IMG/VR virus record: IMGVR_UViG_3300046804_001071
Span: 1 to 53,241 of that record
Strand: one strand, 5' to 3'
DNA length: 53,241 nucleotides
Source: a virus
Taxonomy: Duplodnaviria; Caudoviricetes
Below the pieces are notes generated by a model. It had not been told where the DNA came from. It searched no databases and saw nothing but the letters and a program-made list of their open reading frames with translations. Made by a program: the position numbers and the translations under genes. Below are positions 38,624 to 50,228 of this stretch, one piece after another. Numbering within the stretch: position 1 is the stretch's first letter; every line of letters starts with the position of its first letter.

Positions 38624-41600
38624 CTAAGCGTGTATGTATTGAATAAATAGTGATGTTCCATACTGCCAGTTAGTGTCGGTACCTGCTGATAGAACGTTAA
38701 CTGTTGATGGCGACGTCTGATAGACACGTAGGTCAATAATATCGTTTGCTGCTAGATAGATATATTCTATTGTTGTTTCAGCAATGAAGTCGTAGGTCAA
38801 CCCACCGTAAGAGTTCATACGAGTAGCTGGAGACGCGTTGAGGTAGATGTAAATAACCTTGTTGTTACCAGTTGTAATGGCAGCGTCCCAGTAGGCGGTT
38901 CCCTTAATTCGGTAGTATCCTGCATTTGATACTGTTACTCGACCGGATGACATGGTAAATCCGCTTCCAGACGAGACTACGTTTGCGCTAGTACTGAAGT
39001 TGATAATGGTGTTGGTAGATGCGGCTGCGGTTTGTGTGGCAGTCTTTCTAACAATATATGTATTAGGTGCCGCTGGAAGACCTCCCTGAAGACCTTGAAC
39101 ACCTTGTAGACCTGTTGTTCCTTGTAGACCTGTTGTTCCTTGAGTTCCAGTAGCGCCTTGAAGGCCTGTCGCGCCCTGCGTTCCAGTGGCACCCTGAGCA
39201 CCAGTCGTTCCTGTAGAACCCTGAGCACCGGTAGCTCCTGTCGAGCCTTGTATTCCTGTAGTTCCGGTAGAACCCTGGATACCAGTTGCACCAGTTATAC
39301 CCTGAGCACCAGTTGCACCTTGAGCGCCAGTGGTTCCCTGAGCACCACCAGCTCCAATTGCAGAACCTACTCCAGCAGCACCAGTGGTGATATCTAGGTA
39401 GAAACCGCGAGCGGTTCCACCTTGTTCGAAGAAGCGAAGCCTATTTTGATAGACGTCAATGGTTACACCATTGGTAATGGTCGTATTGGTAACGGCATTA
39501 GCTAGGAAGATTTCTCCACCCTCGTCACCGGACCTGGAATTTACAAGTACTTTTCCGCTTCCAATTGAGAGGTCGGTTCCATCATAGGTGAGTCCGGAGC
39601 TTCCTGATGCTACGTTGCTAGCGTTTTTGTAGACAATCTGATTTGCGGAACCTGCTACAGGTCCAGTGATACCTTGCGTTCCCTGTGTACCCGTGGCTCC
39701 TTGTGCGCCCGTGGCTCCCTGACTTCCAGTACTTCCAGTAATACCCTGAGACCCTGTCGAGCCTTGTATACCCGTGGCACCCGTAGTTCCTTGTGCACCA
39801 TCAGTCCCATTAGTACCGCTAGTTCCTTGCGCGCCGGTGGCTCCGGTAGAGCCCGTGGCTCCCTGTGCGCCATCAATTCCTGCTGTGCCTTGAGCACCGG
39901 TAGTTCCCTGACTTCCAGTAGCGCCTGTTGTACCTTGAGCACCAGTTGAACCTGTAGCTCCGGTAGAACCTGTGGCACCCTGAGCCCCTGTAGCACCTGT
40001 AGTTCCTTGCGCGCCCGTTGAGCCTGTCGCGCCAGTTGCTCCTTGAGCGCCATTAGTTCCGTTTGTACCTGAAGTACCCTGAGCACCAGTAGAGCCAGTG
40101 GCACCAGTTGAGCCAGTGGTTCCCTGAATACCTGTTGCACCTGTAGTTCCTTGTGCACCAGTCGCGCCTGTCGAACCCTGAGCCCCTGTTGCACCTGTAG
40201 TTCCTTGTGCTCCGGTATCTCCCGTAGTGCCTTGAGCACCAGTAGAGCCTGTAATTCCTTGTGCTCCGGTTGTACCTGTTACTCCCTGAGTACCTGTCGC
40301 GCCTTGTGCTCCGGTGGCTCCAGTTGTTCCGGTTATTCCTTGCGAACCTGTTGCTCCTGTAGCTCCTTGAGAACCAGTCGTTCCTTGAGCACCGTCTGCT
40401 CCAGACGAACCGGTAGCTCCGGTGGCTCCTTGGGCACCAGTGCTACCTGTGGTACCGGTAGTTCCTTGTGAACCTGTGGTCCCTTGTACACCTGTCGAGC
40501 CAGTTGCACCTTGCGCTCCTGTAGAGCCGGTAGTTCCTTGTGCACCAGTCGCGCCTGTCGAACCAGTAGCGCCTGTAGTTCCCTGCGAGCCGGTCGCTCC
40601 GGTGATGCCTTGAGTACCTTCGACACCTTGTGAGCCTGTCGCACCCTGAGCGCCAGTAGCACCCTGAGCACCTGTGTCACCGATATCACCGTTACGAGCA
40701 AATGTAATTTGGATTGCTGTAGCATTGGCTAGGCTCGAGATGCTTCCAGAAACGTAGGCGACTGGAACCTCGAAGTAAGTGTCGTGGTGGTAGTGGTTAC
40801 CTACGATTGAGTAGTAGACAAAGTTAGATGCGTTTGCTGCATCTGAAATCTTGAACGTACCCTTAATAGAAGATGTAGAGTCGTCAATAGTTTGTAGGAA
40901 TGATGAGATGTCGGTCGATGTCTGGTCGTAGTAGCTAATGTAAAGCTCTGTCCCAGACGTTAGCGTGTTGTTGAAGTTTAGGTTTCCAGAGCCTGGGTTT
41001 TCATCAACTGTACTAGTTAGGTAGTGGTACGCAAATGTCGCTCCACCGAAAGTTCCGGTTAAACCTTGAACACCCTGAGTACCGGTAGTTCCTTGAGTTC
41101 CCTGAGCTCCGGTAGTTCCTTGTGCACCATCTAGCCCATTGGTTCCGGATGTTCCTTGGGCTCCAGATGTGCCCTGCGCTCCGACTGTACCTTGTGAACC
41201 TGTCGCTCCTGTCGTACCTTGGGCACCGGTCGAGCCAGTTACACCCTGTGTTCCGGTAGAGCCCGTGACACCTTGAGAACCTGTGTCACCTGTCGTACCC
41301 TGTGTTCCGGTTGCGCCAGTCGTACCTTGAGCACCCACTGCACCAGTTGTACCTTGAGCACCAGTTGAGCCTTCAATACCTTGCGAGCCAGTTATGCCTT
41401 GAGCGCCTGTTTGACCAGTTGCTCCTTGTGTTCCTGTGGCTCCCTGGGCTCCGTTGGTTCCGTTAGCCCCCTGTGCTCCAGTCTGGCCTACAGCTCCTTG
41501 AATACCCGTAGAGCCGGTGAGGCCTTGGACACCATCCTGACCAGTTGTTCCCTGAGAACCAGTTGAGCCAGTGGTTCCTTGTATACCTGTTGAGCCGGTT

Positions 41601-44600
41601 GTTCCTTGACTTCCAGTTGCTCCAACAGCACCTTGAATACCTGCCACGCCTTGCGCACCAGTTGAACCGGTGCTTCCAGTTGTACCTTGCGAGCCTGTTG
41701 TTCCTTGTATGCCTGCAGTACCTGTAGCACCTTGAGCGCCAGTCTCTCCCACTGCACCTTGAGCACCAGTTGAGCCAGTGGTGCCTTGCGCACCAGTTGT
41801 ACCCTGTGCTCCAACTTCTCCTGTTACACCCTGAGTTCCCGTAGTTCCCTGAGAGCCTGTGGCTCCCGTGGTTCCCTGAGTTCCGGAAGTACCTTGAGCT
41901 CCGTCATTTCCGGTCGCACCGGTCGCGCCTTGAGCACCATTGGTTCCCGATGTGCCTTGCGCACCAGTCAAACCCTGTAGACCTATTAGACCCTGAGCTC
42001 CGGCGGCTCCCTGAGAGCCTGTAATACCCTGCGTCCCCTGGGCACCCTCTGGTCCAACAATCTGTCCAACATTGTTCCAGACTCCGCCATCCCAAACGTA
42101 GAGGTCTCCGTTTTCTGCAACAATGTAAGCATCATTTACGTTGTTCTCATATAGAGGTAGGTCACCAGTTGTTGCAACAGTTCCGATGAAGTGAATAGAG
42201 ACACCTTGAGGACCCGTGGTGCCTGTGAATCCCTGAATTCCCTGGACACCCTGAGGCCCTTCAATACCTTGTGTACCAGTGGTGCCCTGAGCTCCAGTTA
42301 GTCCTGTCTCTCCCTGAACACCTTGAACTCCTTGAATACCTTCAGGCCCCTGAACACCTTGTGTTCCTGTAGTTCCCTGAGAGCCAGTGGTTCCCTGAAT
42401 ACCCTGGTCTCCGGTTGTTCCGGTTGTTCCCTGTACTCCATTAGCTCCTTGAGCACCGGTAGTGCCCTGCGCTCCAGTTGTTCCTTGAGTTCCGGTGGTA
42501 CCCTGTGTTCCTGTAGTTCCCTGGGAGCCTGTTGTTCCTTGTGCTCCGGCTGGGCCAGGAGTTAGTGAAATATTGTCCAGGGCGTCAGTAATGCTGTGGC
42601 CGGTGCCAGTATTGATTCGACTAGTGTCACCAATAATTAGGTCTAAGTATCCGTCGGTAACTAGTCCATTACCTGGGTTTGCTGCATTTAAGTAGACATC
42701 TCCATCAGCATTTAAGACAATGTCTCCACCCTCAGAGACAATAGAGATATTTGAAGCGTTGGTAATTGTTCCAGGGGTAAATGTGAAGTCGGCTACTGAG
42801 GCGTCAGCACCATTAGCTCCTTGAATACCCTGAATACCGTCAGTGCCTTGCATGCCTTGTAGGCCTGTTGTGCCTTGAACACCCTGTATACCTTGAGTAC
42901 CGTTTGTACCCTGAGGTCCTACCTGGGTGTACATAACCTGGGTGATGCCGAGGATTACAGATGGGGTCTCTGGGTATCCGTTAGTTGGGTTCTCTACAAG
43001 GGCAAGCTGAGTAGATGTTCCTTCCCAGAAAATCTGGACGTAGTCGTTTACTGCGGTCGACGTTCCTACAAAGGTGACGGTCACTAGCTGGTAGCTTGGC
43101 TGGTCAGAAGATTGACGTGGCTGTAGGGTGACAGACGTAGTTGAGTTTGGGTAGTTGGTTCCGTTTAGCTTCAACCAGAATCGTGCAGACTGAACAGCGT
43201 TAGTTGGGTTGGCAACCTGCATAACCGAGGTCATAGTGTATGTGCCAGGCTCAGCGATGGTTACTTTGCTGTTGTCAACAATTGAAATACCGTGACCGCT
43301 ACCATTAGGGTAGGTTGAGTTGATTGTTATAACTTGTTCAGTACTGACGTTTGCAAGAGTCTGAGTCTGTGAGCTGTAGAACGAGCCGTAGTGACCTACT
43401 GCACCACCCGAGCCTGTTGTACCTGTAGTTCCTTGAGTACCTTGGATTGCGGTTCCCTGGATACCCTGAAGACCAGTTAGACCCTGAGTTCCGTCGGTTC
43501 CTTGTAGTCCCTGAAGGCCTTGAATACCCTGATTTCCGGTGGCTCCCTGTGCCCCAGTAAGTCCGTCGGTGCCCTGCATACCTGTAGCACCTTGGACACC
43601 GTTAAGGCCGTTAGTTCCGGATGCGCCCTGAGTACCAGTGGTTCCCTGTGCACCTGTAGAGCCCTGAGCTCCTTGTGCACCGATAGCGCCCTGTGTTCCG
43701 GTAGCTCCTTGCGTTCCCGTGGCTCCCTGAGAACCTGTAGTACCTTGGACTCCCTGAATGCCCTGAGCACCGGTCTGACCTTGAATACCTGTGGACCCCT
43801 GGACTCCTTGACTTCCGGTCGTGCCTTGCGAGCCTATTGTGCCTTGTGTGCCGACAGCACCTTGAGTTCCAGTTGTGCCCTGCGGGCCTACCGTTCCTTG
43901 AGTTCCTTGAGCACCTTCAGGTCCAACAATTTGGCCCACGCTATCCCATGAGCTTCCGCTCCAAACATACAGGTCACCATCTGCGGACACGATGTAAGCG
44001 TCATTTACGGAGTTGCCGCTTCCCGGTAGGTCTACAACTTGTGCAACAGTGCCAATAAAGTGAATAGAAACACCCTGAGGCCCTGTGGCACCTGTAAATC
44101 CTTGGATTCCTTGAATGCCTTGCAACCCCTGCAAGCCTTGTAGTCCTTGTATCCCCTGCAATCCTTGAATACCCTGAAGCCCTTGAACTCCCTGAGTCCC
44201 CTGTGAGCCAGTGATACCTTGGACGCCCTGAGTGCCTTGGGTTCCTTGCGCTCCTGTTTGGCCTGTGGAGCCTTGTGCGCCTGTAGTGCCTTGCGCACCA
44301 GTTGCACCTTGGATTCCAGTGGCACCTTGGGTTCCAGTCTCGCCTGTTGCTCCTTGGGCACCTGTTGTACCCTGTGCTCCGGTGTTTCCTTGTTGTCCCT
44401 GGGCACCGTCTGTACCCTGCATGCCTGTTGCCCCTTGCATACCGGTTGCACCTTGCGTGCCTGTTATACCTTGTGGGCCCTGAGTGCCTTGGGTTCCTTG
44501 AGTACCTAATGCGCCTTGAGTTCCAGTTGTGCCCTGAGTTCCGGTGGTTCCTTGCGGACCTTGTACACCTTGAATACCTGGAGCACCCTGAGGACCACCA

Positions 44601-44704
44601 ATCCCGATTTCGACATGGTTTGGCTGCTCCTGAACAATAACTTTGTTCAGGTCGTGGGGGTTAACCGAAACTTTATTCGGGTTATCTCCAAAATCGACTG
44701 CCAT
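38624..44704 (-). CDS. Giant collagen-like fibre protein with interspersed globular domains and a C1q/BclA-like C-terminal domain
   Basis: Hundreds of G-X-Y triplets ([12 protein letters not shown]); C-terminal [10 protein letters not shown]...[14 protein letters not shown]. Confidence 0.88.
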   Translation of the reverse strand: MAVDFGDNPNKVSVNPHDLNKVIVQEQPNHVEIGIGGPQGAPGIQGVQGPQGTTGTQGTTGTQGALGTQGTQGTQGPQGITGTQGATGMQGATGMQGTDGAQGQQGNTGAQGTTGAQGATGETGTQGATGIQGATGAQGTTGAQGSTGQTGAQGTQGTQGVQGITGSQGTQGVQGLQGIQGLQGIQGLQGLQGLQGIQGIQGFTGATGPQGVSIHFIGTVAQVVDLPGSGNSVNDAYIVSADGDLYVWSGSSWDSVGQIVGPEGAQGTQGTVGPQGTTGTQGAVGTQGTIGSQGTTGSQGVQGSTGIQGQTGAQGIQGVQGTTGSQGATGTQGATGTQGAIGAQGAQGSTGAQGTTGTQGASGTNGLNGVQGATGMQGTDGLTGAQGATGNQGIQGLQGLQGTDGTQGLTGLQGIQGTAIQGTQGTTGTTGSGGAVGHYGSFYSSQTQTLANVSTEQVITINSTYPNGSGHGISIVDNSKVTIAEPGTYTMTSVMQVANPTNAVQSARFWLKLNGTNYPNSTTSVTLQPRQSSDQPSYQLVTVTFVGTSTAVNDYVQIFWEGTSTQLALVENPTNGYPETPSVILGITQVMYTQVGPQGTNGTQGIQGVQGTTGLQGMQGTDGIQGIQGANGADASVADFTFTPGTITNASNISIVSEGGDIVLNADGDVYLNAANPGNGLVTDGYLDLIIGDTSRINTGTGHSITDALDNISLTPGPAGAQGTTGSQGTTGTQGTTGTQGTTGAQGTTGAQGANGVQGTTGTTGDQGIQGTTGSQGTTGTQGVQGPEGIQGVQGVQGETGLTGAQGTTGTQGIEGPQGVQGIQGFTGTTGPQGVSIHFIGTVATTGDLPLYENNVNDAYIVAENGDLYVWDGGVWNNVGQIVGPEGAQGTQGITGSQGAAGAQGLIGLQGLTGAQGTSGTNGAQGATGATGNDGAQGTSGTQGTTGATGSQGTTGTQGVTGEVGAQGTTGAQGTTGSTGAQGAVGETGAQGATGTAGIQGTTGSQGTTGSTGSTGAQGVAGIQGAVGATGSQGTTGSTGIQGTTGSTGSQGTTGQDGVQGLTGSTGIQGAVGQTGAQGANGTNGAQGATGTQGATGQTGAQGITGSQGIEGSTGAQGTTGAVGAQGTTGATGTQGTTGDTGSQGVTGSTGTQGVTGSTGAQGTTGATGSQGTVGAQGTSGAQGTSGTNGLDGAQGTTGAQGTQGTTGTQGVQGLTGTFGGATFAYHYLTSTVDENPGSGNLNFNNTLTSGTELYISYYDQTSTDISSFLQTIDDSTSSIKGTFKISDAANASNFVYYSIVGNHYHHDTYFEVPVAYVSGSISSLANATAIQITFARNGDIGDTGAQGATGAQGATGSQGVEGTQGITGATGSQGTTGATGSTGATGAQGTTGSTGAQGATGSTGVQGTTGSQGTTGTTGSTGAQGATGATGSSGADGAQGTTGSQGATGATGSQGITGTTGATGAQGATGTQGVTGTTGAQGITGSTGAQGTTGDTGAQGTTGATGAQGSTGATGAQGTTGATGIQGTTGSTGATGSTGAQGTSGTNGTNGAQGATGATGSTGAQGTTGATGAQGATGSTGATGSTGAQGTTGATGSQGTTGAQGTAGIDGAQGATGSTGATGAQGTSGTNGTDGAQGTTGATGIQGSTGSQGITGSTGSQGATGAQGATGTQGTQGITGPVAGSANQIVYKNASNVASGSSGLTYDGTDLSIGSGKVLVNSRSGDEGGEIFLANAVTNTTITNGVTIDVYQNRLRFFEQGGTARGFYLDITTGAAGVGSAIGAGGAQGTTGAQGATGAQGITGATGIQGSTGTTGIQGSTGATGAQGSTGTTGAQGATGTQGATGLQGATGTQGTTGLQGTTGLQGVQGLQGGLPAAPNTYIVRKTATQTAAASTNTIINFSTSANVVSSGSGFTMSSGRVTVSNAGYYRIKGTAYWDAAITTGNNKVIYIYLNASPATRMNSYGGLTYDFIAETTIEYIYLAANDIIDLRVYQTSPSTVNVLSAGTDTNWQYGTSLFIQYIHA

Positions 44705-45061
44705 TTATCGAGTTACCTCAGCTTTTACTTTGAAGTTTCCTTCAATAATTCGACTTACAACACCAGCCCCGGAGACTAGTTCTAAGTCATAGACGTATAA
44801 CCCTGGAGTTAGGGCTGCAGTATCTGCAGCAGCAATGGTTAGAGTGATAGTTCCAGCAGTTCCACCTAGGGTAATTCTTGAATTTGAGGTGGTTAATGTG
44901 ACAATAGTGCTTGAAGCATTTGCTGTCTCACGGACATGCATTCTGGCGGTATATCCAGTGATATTGTATGGGTTACGAGCGGAGTCGGTCCATGTAATTG
45001 TGCGTGAAAAAGTGGCACCTTGGTCACAGGTGATATTGTAAGTTCCGGCAATGCAAGTCAT
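44705..45061 (-). CDS. LtfC/p132-like beta-sandwich fibre-anchor protein
   Basis: YNITCDQGATF, ITGYTARMHVR, YVYDLEL, RIIEG; abuts the collagen gene. Confidence 0.7.
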   Translation of the reverse strand: MTCIAGTYNITCDQGATFSRTITWTDSARNPYNITGYTARMHVRETANASSTIVTLTTSNSRITLGGTAGTITLTIAAADTAALTPGLYVYDLELVSGAGVVSRIIEGNFKVKAEVTR

Positions 45062-45141
45062 GGGGGAGATCCTTCAGATAGTAGTATCCGCACCTTTAAT
45101 TTTACCTTATTTACTGGGATCTAAGTTGGTATACTGGAAGG

Positions 45142-46083
45142 ATGACAACGCCGCTTTTCACTGATTTAGGGGGAGAAACCTGGCGTATTTGTCGTTTTGT
45201 CGATGAATCTGATAAGCGTTGGTCGGCTTTCAACCCCTCTGTGGCTTACTCCCCGGTAGAGGGCTATGTAGTTCTCGTTCGTGCCAGCAACTACTTTTTT
45301 GATCCTAAAACTGGTGACACCGTGGCAACTATTGGAACTAGAGTAAAAAATCGAATGTTTCTTGGGAATCTGACTTCCGATTGGAAGTTAGACCATAATT
45401 CCTTGCGTGAAATAGATTTTTCAGAAGTTGGTCAGTACTTGCGCGGACCGGAAGATGGACGCCTCTATTGGAGAGATGGCGGATGGGAAGTCCTATCTGT
45501 GATGAAGGAGCCGCATATAACGAATGACATTCCTAGACTTGCTACCTATAAAATCAAAGACAATAAAGCAACACTAATAAAAATACACACCGAAGGTGAC
45601 ATTCAGCCGATAGAAAAAAACTGGATGCCAACCTATGAAAAGAATTCAAACTTTGATTTTGTCTACAGTGCTACTTCCATATATAGCGTAGCTTCTGGAA
45701 AAGTCAAGCTACGTGAGGCCACGGAGGAGGCTGGAAATAATATTAGGGGCGGTAGTTGCTTATGGAATATTGGGGATAAGTATCTAGCAATTACCCATGA
45801 AGCGGTTATAAGGATAGAAAAGGTATATACGCCTCGCATGTTCGGCTACCGAAATAAAACAATTCGTACCTATCTTCACAGATTTGCTACATATGATAAA
45901 ACTGGAAAGTTATTAGAGATATCTGACCCGTTCTCGTTTCAGGGGGCGGATATCGAGTTTGCCGCCGGTCTAGTTTTGTCAGGGGATGATGTTATTGTCT
46001 CTTATGGTTATAAAGACGTTGCCTCATATCTTGGTAAAATTAAACTAGACGCAGTTATTGGAATGCTTAAGGCGGTGAAATGA
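45142..46083 (+). CDS. Second beta-propeller glycosidase-like paralog (leaderless)
   Basis: FNPS, EDGRL, EKNWMP, RGGS, HE, YLHRF, IEFAAG, SYGYKD; TATACT-N6-ATG. Confidence 0.65.
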   Translation: MTTPLFTDLGGETWRICRFVDESDKRWSAFNPSVAYSPVEGYVVLVRASNYFFDPKTGDTVATIGTRVKNRMFLGNLTSDWKLDHNSLREIDFSEVGQYLRGPEDGRLYWRDGGWEVLSVMKEPHITNDIPRLATYKIKDNKATLIKIHTEGDIQPIEKNWMPTYEKNSNFDFVYSATSIYSVASGKVKLREATEEAGNNIRGGSCLWNIGDKYLAITHEAVIRIEKVYTPRMFGYRNKTIRTYLHRFATYDKTGKLLEISDPFSFQGADIEFAAGLVLSGDDVIVSYGYKDVASYLGKIKLDAVIGMLKAVK

Positions 46084-46307
46084 GTACTGACGTTTTAGAA
46101 AAACCTGAAGTAGATATCGAGTCTAAAGAAGATGAGCCGCTTGCTCATTACACTGATGCCGCTAGTGCTACTGAGGGCTACATCATGGGAACCCCTGTTA
46201 CCGCGCTCTGTGGTAAGAAGTTTGTTCCCACTCGAAATCCAGAGCGATTGAAAATTTGTCCGATTTGCCAAGAAATCGTTGACGCTGTATTCTTCTTTAG
46301 TGAGTAA
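46080..46307 (+). CDS. DUF3039 family protein (actinobacterial)
   Basis: AHY...GTPVTALCGKKFVPTRNPE..ICPICQEI. Confidence 0.8.
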   Translation: MSTDVLEKPEVDIESKEDEPLAHYTDAASATEGYIMGTPVTALCGKKFVPTRNPERLKICPICQEIVDAVFFFSE

Positions 46308-46416
46308 AATCGCGTTTCGTTATTTCAGCTATACTGGTATAACGTCAAGCTCCTGTGACTCGATTAAATCGATTTTTCGCAGGAGTTATCTCTATCTAGT
46401 TAGGAATCTCTCCCAA

Positions 46417-46638
46417 ATGGTTACTGTTTACACCAACCCGAGCTGCGTTCAGTGCGACATGACAAAGAAATTTTTAGACAAGAATGAGATCAACTACAAG
46501 GTTGTAGACCTTTCTCAGGATCAGGAGTCTCTAGACATGGTCCTAGGTCTTGGCTTTTCGGCTGCTCCTGTAGTTATCGCTGGTGACGACAAGTGGGCTG
46601 GGTTCAAACTAGATCGTCTACAGACTCTGGTCGTATAG
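46417..46638 (+). CDS. nrdH: Glutaredoxin-like NrdH
   Basis: MVTVYTNPSCVQC...APVV...WAGF. Confidence 0.92.
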   Translation: MVTVYTNPSCVQCDMTKKFLDKNEINYKVVDLSQDQESLDMVLGLGFSAAPVVIAGDDKWAGFKLDRLQTLVV

Positions 46639-46643
46639 CTATT

Positions 46644-47048
46644 ATGTTAGAGATTGTCTATTTCTCTAACTACTCTGGTAATACTAAAAAATTTGTTGAA
46701 AAGCTTCCGTTTAAGTCTCATCGTATTCCGATTAGAGATACTGGAGAGCCTTTAGTAGTTACTAAGAAATACGTACTTTTTGTTCCTACCTACGGAGGAG
46801 GGGCGGAAGGTAAATCGGTGCCTAGACAGGTAGTTGACTTTCTGAACGATCCAGAAAATAGATCTTTTGCAGTTGGCGTGATCGGGCTGGGCAATACTAA
46901 CTTTGGTGAACACTACTGTCGAGCTGCAAAAGTGATTTCTGAAAAATTAAAAGTACCACTGCTGGCAAAAGTTGAAATTTTTGGAACTCCCGATGATGTA
47001 CTAAATGTCACTGAAATACTTAATAAAAAAGAAAAGGAATGCGAATAA
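46644..47048 (+). CDS. nrdI: Flavodoxin-like NrdI
   Basis: YFSNYSGNTKKFV, PTYGGG, GNTNFG. Confidence 0.92.
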   Translation: MLEIVYFSNYSGNTKKFVEKLPFKSHRIPIRDTGEPLVVTKKYVLFVPTYGGGAEGKSVPRQVVDFLNDPENRSFAVGVIGLGNTNFGEHYCRAAKVISEKLKVPLLAKVEIFGTPDDVLNVTEILNKKEKECE

Positions 47049-48002
<954 letters not shown>

Positions 48003-48022
48003 TCTATGAGTAGAATATAACT

Positions 48023-48211
48023 ATGCCTACTTACGAATATAAATGCTCTAACGGACATGTCTACTCCGAAGTTCGCAGTATTTCTGCAGAAGATACAGTA
48101 TCGACTTGCAAAGAAGAAGACTGTGGACTAGAGTTGAAACGAGTGTTCAACCCACCTCCGATTAAGTTCAATGGAACTGGGTATAGCACTGGCAACAACA
48201 CCTGGAGATAG
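48023..48211 (+). CDS. FmdB-family zinc ribbon protein (leaderless)
   Basis: MPTYEYKC...C...C...F.GTGY; TAGAAT-N6-ATG. Confidence 0.8.
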   Translation: MPTYEYKCSNGHVYSEVRSISAEDTVSTCKEEDCGLELKRVFNPPPIKFNGTGYSTGNNTWR

Positions 48212-48223
48212 AAAGAACTAAAC

Positions 48224-48553
48224 ATGGAATTCCTTCCAATAGACGCAGAGTATCCAAAGTTTATTGAGGGAGAGGATCCTCCTTGTGCGGAGACAGATCC
48301 AAATATGTTCTTTCCAGAGGACGGTAGTGAAACGTTCTCCCTTAATCCGAACAATAGCGAAGAGTATATCTCTGTAGTTCGTGCAACTTACTACAATCTC
48401 GAAGGGGCAAAAGCTATTTGTAATAGCTGTCCATTCATCAAAGAGTGCCTAGAATACGCTCTAACTGACCAGTATTTAGTTGGAATCTGGGGTGGAACTA
48501 CGGACCAGCAGCGTCGAGCAATCCGCAAAAAACGAAAAATCGCTAACAAATAA
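48224..48553 (+). CDS. whiB: WhiB-family transcription factor
   Basis: CAETDPNMFFPE, AKAICNSCPFIKEC, GIWGGTT...RR. Confidence 0.9.
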   Translation: MEFLPIDAEYPKFIEGEDPPCAETDPNMFFPEDGSETFSLNPNNSEEYISVVRATYYNLEGAKAICNSCPFIKECLEYALTDQYLVGIWGGTTDQQRRAIRKKRKIANK

Positions 48554-48621
48554 GTGCGGTAAAATTGAAGTAGCTCTTGGGAGAGAGGGTCATTAAATCT
48601 ACTAGTCTCCCGGGAGAAAAA

Positions 48622-48906
48622 ATGGAAATTGTAAAAATGATCCTAAAGCGTACAGTCGCTTTGGTCATCCTTAAAGTCAGCGGTGTTCTAGCCGCAGGTT
48701 CCATCGGTGGCGTTGAGTTGTGGCAGTCTGCCCTAATCGCTGCTTTTGTTGGAATCATGGAAGTTGCTGAGTCTCTAGCACGTGCCTACGTTGTGGACGG
48801 TGTTCTAGACCAGGAAGAAATCAACATTGCCTTTGCTAGCTCGGCTGAAGCCGCACTTGCAGACAGCAAGAAGAAGGCAGCCCCTTCAGAAGATTCAAAC
48901 TTCTAA
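48622..48906 (+). CDS. Two-TM membrane protein (holin-like)
   Basis: Two hydrophobic segments; DGVLDQEEIN; SD GGGAG before ATG 48622. Confidence 0.55.
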   Translation: MEIVKMILKRTVALVILKVSGVLAAGSIGGVELWQSALIAAFVGIMEVAESLARAYVVDGVLDQEEINIAFASSAEAALADSKKKAAPSEDSNF

Positions 48907-48918
48907 TATTCACCTCTG

Positions 48919-48950
48919 ACAAATCCCTCAAAGAAATTTGGGGGATTTGT
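48919..48950 (+). terminator. Hairpin terminator
   Basis: ACAAATCCCTCAAA-GAAA-TTTGGGGGATTTGT. Confidence 0.7.
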
Positions 48951-48978
48951 TGCATTCTGAACTTATGTTTGATAGTCT
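48950..48978 (+). promoter_or_regulatory. SigA-type promoter
   Basis: TTGCAT-N17-TAGTCT with TGn extension. Confidence 0.55.
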
Positions 48979-48981
48979 TGT

Positions 48982-49096
48982 GACGTTGCAATCCCGCAGC
49001 AAATAAACATACATTACGTCGTATGGGGTTAGAAATAACCTAGTCTGGCCAAAGCTGTCTGTTCAGGAACTTCAGGCAGCTAGGCTAGACGAAACA
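48982..49096 (+). ncRNA. Unidentified multi-hairpin RNA or 5' leader
   Basis: Four adjacent hairpins, including GGTTA-GAAA-TAACC and a 16-bp interrupted stem; no ORF. Confidence 0.45.
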
Positions 49097-49108
49097 GTAG
49101 GAGACAAA

Positions 49109-49351
49109 GTGGATTTTGAAGAATGGCTTCGCGTAGGTATTGAAAATGGCTGGGCTGGTCCTGCTGTTTGTTATACGCATGATGGTCTACCAACTAGTGA
49201 GGAGGAGGACCACGCATTTGAAGAGTCTGATCCTTGCATTCACATTATTCGTCTTTATGAAGATGAAGAGCACAAAAAGGATGTAGAATCTAACCATGCC
49301 CCTAGCGTTTGGCGTGCAACCAATCGTGGTATTGAAATTGAGGAGAAGTAA
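49109..49351 (+). CDS. Hypothetical protein
   Basis: SD AGGAG; W..GIENGW...CYTHDG.P...DPCIHIIR. Confidence 0.7.
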   Translation: MDFEEWLRVGIENGWAGPAVCYTHDGLPTSEEEDHAFEESDPCIHIIRLYEDEEHKKDVESNHAPSVWRATNRGIEIEEK

Positions 49352-49482
49352 TGGCAAAAGGTAAAGGCGGAGGCGCAAAGCCAGCTGCAAAGGAAGTTTC
49401 TGACCGTAAGAACGGTAAGGCTTCAAAAAAGCGTCCAAAGGTTTTTGACGCAGTGAAGCGTCGATTGGTTACTCGCGACTAG
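49351..49482 (+). CDS. 43-aa highly basic protein (not in ORF track)
   Basis: MAKGKGGGAKPAAKEVSDRKNGKASKKRPKVFDAVKRRLVTRD; overlaps both neighbours (TAATG, TAGTG). Confidence 0.65.
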   Translation: MAKGKGGGAKPAAKEVSDRKNGKASKKRPKVFDAVKRRLVTRD

Positions 49483-50228
49483 TGGGAATCAAATTAGTAG
49501 CTTTTGATTTGGATGGGACTCTTGCACCTAGCAAGGGTCCTATTTCAAATGACATGGGAAAAGCCCTTAGAGATTTACTAGGGGTTGCTCAGGTCTGTAT
49601 TATCAGTGGTGGTACAAGAGAGCAGATTATGTCTCAGGTTGTGGACTTGCTTCCTGATAAGTCAAACCTTCGTAATCTACACATTATGCCTACCAGCGGT
49701 GCTCAGTATTTGAAGCGTCATCTTGGAGGATGGCGAGTTGTCTATTCCGAGAAGCTGTCAGAGGAAGAGATCGAACGCATTACTCAGAACATTCATGTAA
49801 CTGCTGCGTTACTAGGCGAGTGGCCGGAAAATCCTCACGGGGCAGTTATTGAAAACCGAGGGACTCAGGTAACATTCTCTGCTTTAGGTCAGAATGCTCC
49901 GATTGAAGAGAAAGAGCTCTGGGATCCTACTGGAGTTAGAAAAGATCGATTCCGTCGAACCCTGGCATCACTGCTTCTGGAGTTCGATGTTCGCTCTGGC
50001 GGGTCGACTAGTATCGACATTACAAAGGTTGGGATTGACAAGGGATTCGGAATTGATGAACTTATCAAGCGTACTGGACTTAAGCCAGATGACGTCCTGT
50101 TTGTGGGAGATCGACTAGACGAGGGTGGCAATGATCATTCGGTTATGCGAACTGGTGCAAACTGCTATCCAGTAGACGGACCGCTAGATACATTGCAACT
50201 TATAAAAGATTTGTTAAAAGCTACATAA
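49482..50228 (+). CDS. HAD-IIB hydrolase, phosphomannomutase-like
   Basis: FDLDGTL, ISGG, IENRG.QVTFSALG, GGSTSIDI, DKG, FVGD...GGND. Confidence 0.85.
   Translation: MGIKLVAFDLDGTLAPSKGPISNDMGKALRDLLGVAQVCIISGGTREQIMSQVVDLLPDKSNLRNLHIMPTSGAQYLKRHLGGWRVVYSEKLSEEEIERITQNIHVTAALLGEWPENPHGAVIENRGTQVTFSALGQNAPIEEKELWDPTGVRKDRFRRTLASLLLEFDVRSGGSTSIDITKVGIDKGFGIDELIKRTGLKPDDVLFVGDRLDEGGNDHSVMRTGANCYPVDGPLDTLQLIKDLLKAT

Noticed and set aside
38624-44704. CRISPR array or DGR-like repeats
   Set aside because: The repeats are degenerate in-frame codon repeats with no constant repeat/unique spacer pattern; no reverse transcriptase and no adenine-specific TR/VR pair seen.
38977-44779. Many alternative-frame and antisense ORFs over the collagen gene
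   Set aside because: Shadows of the G-X-Y codon periodicity; low complexity and no initiation signals.
46279-46643. Longer N-termini for NrdH and NrdI given by the ORF track (also 36051, 48577, 32576, 51713)
   Set aside because: Family similarity and SD positions support the downstream ATGs.
49040-49100. Hammerhead or pistol ribozyme (stem followed by GAAAC)
   Set aside because: No CUGANGA before the stem, and the element order does not fit pistol.
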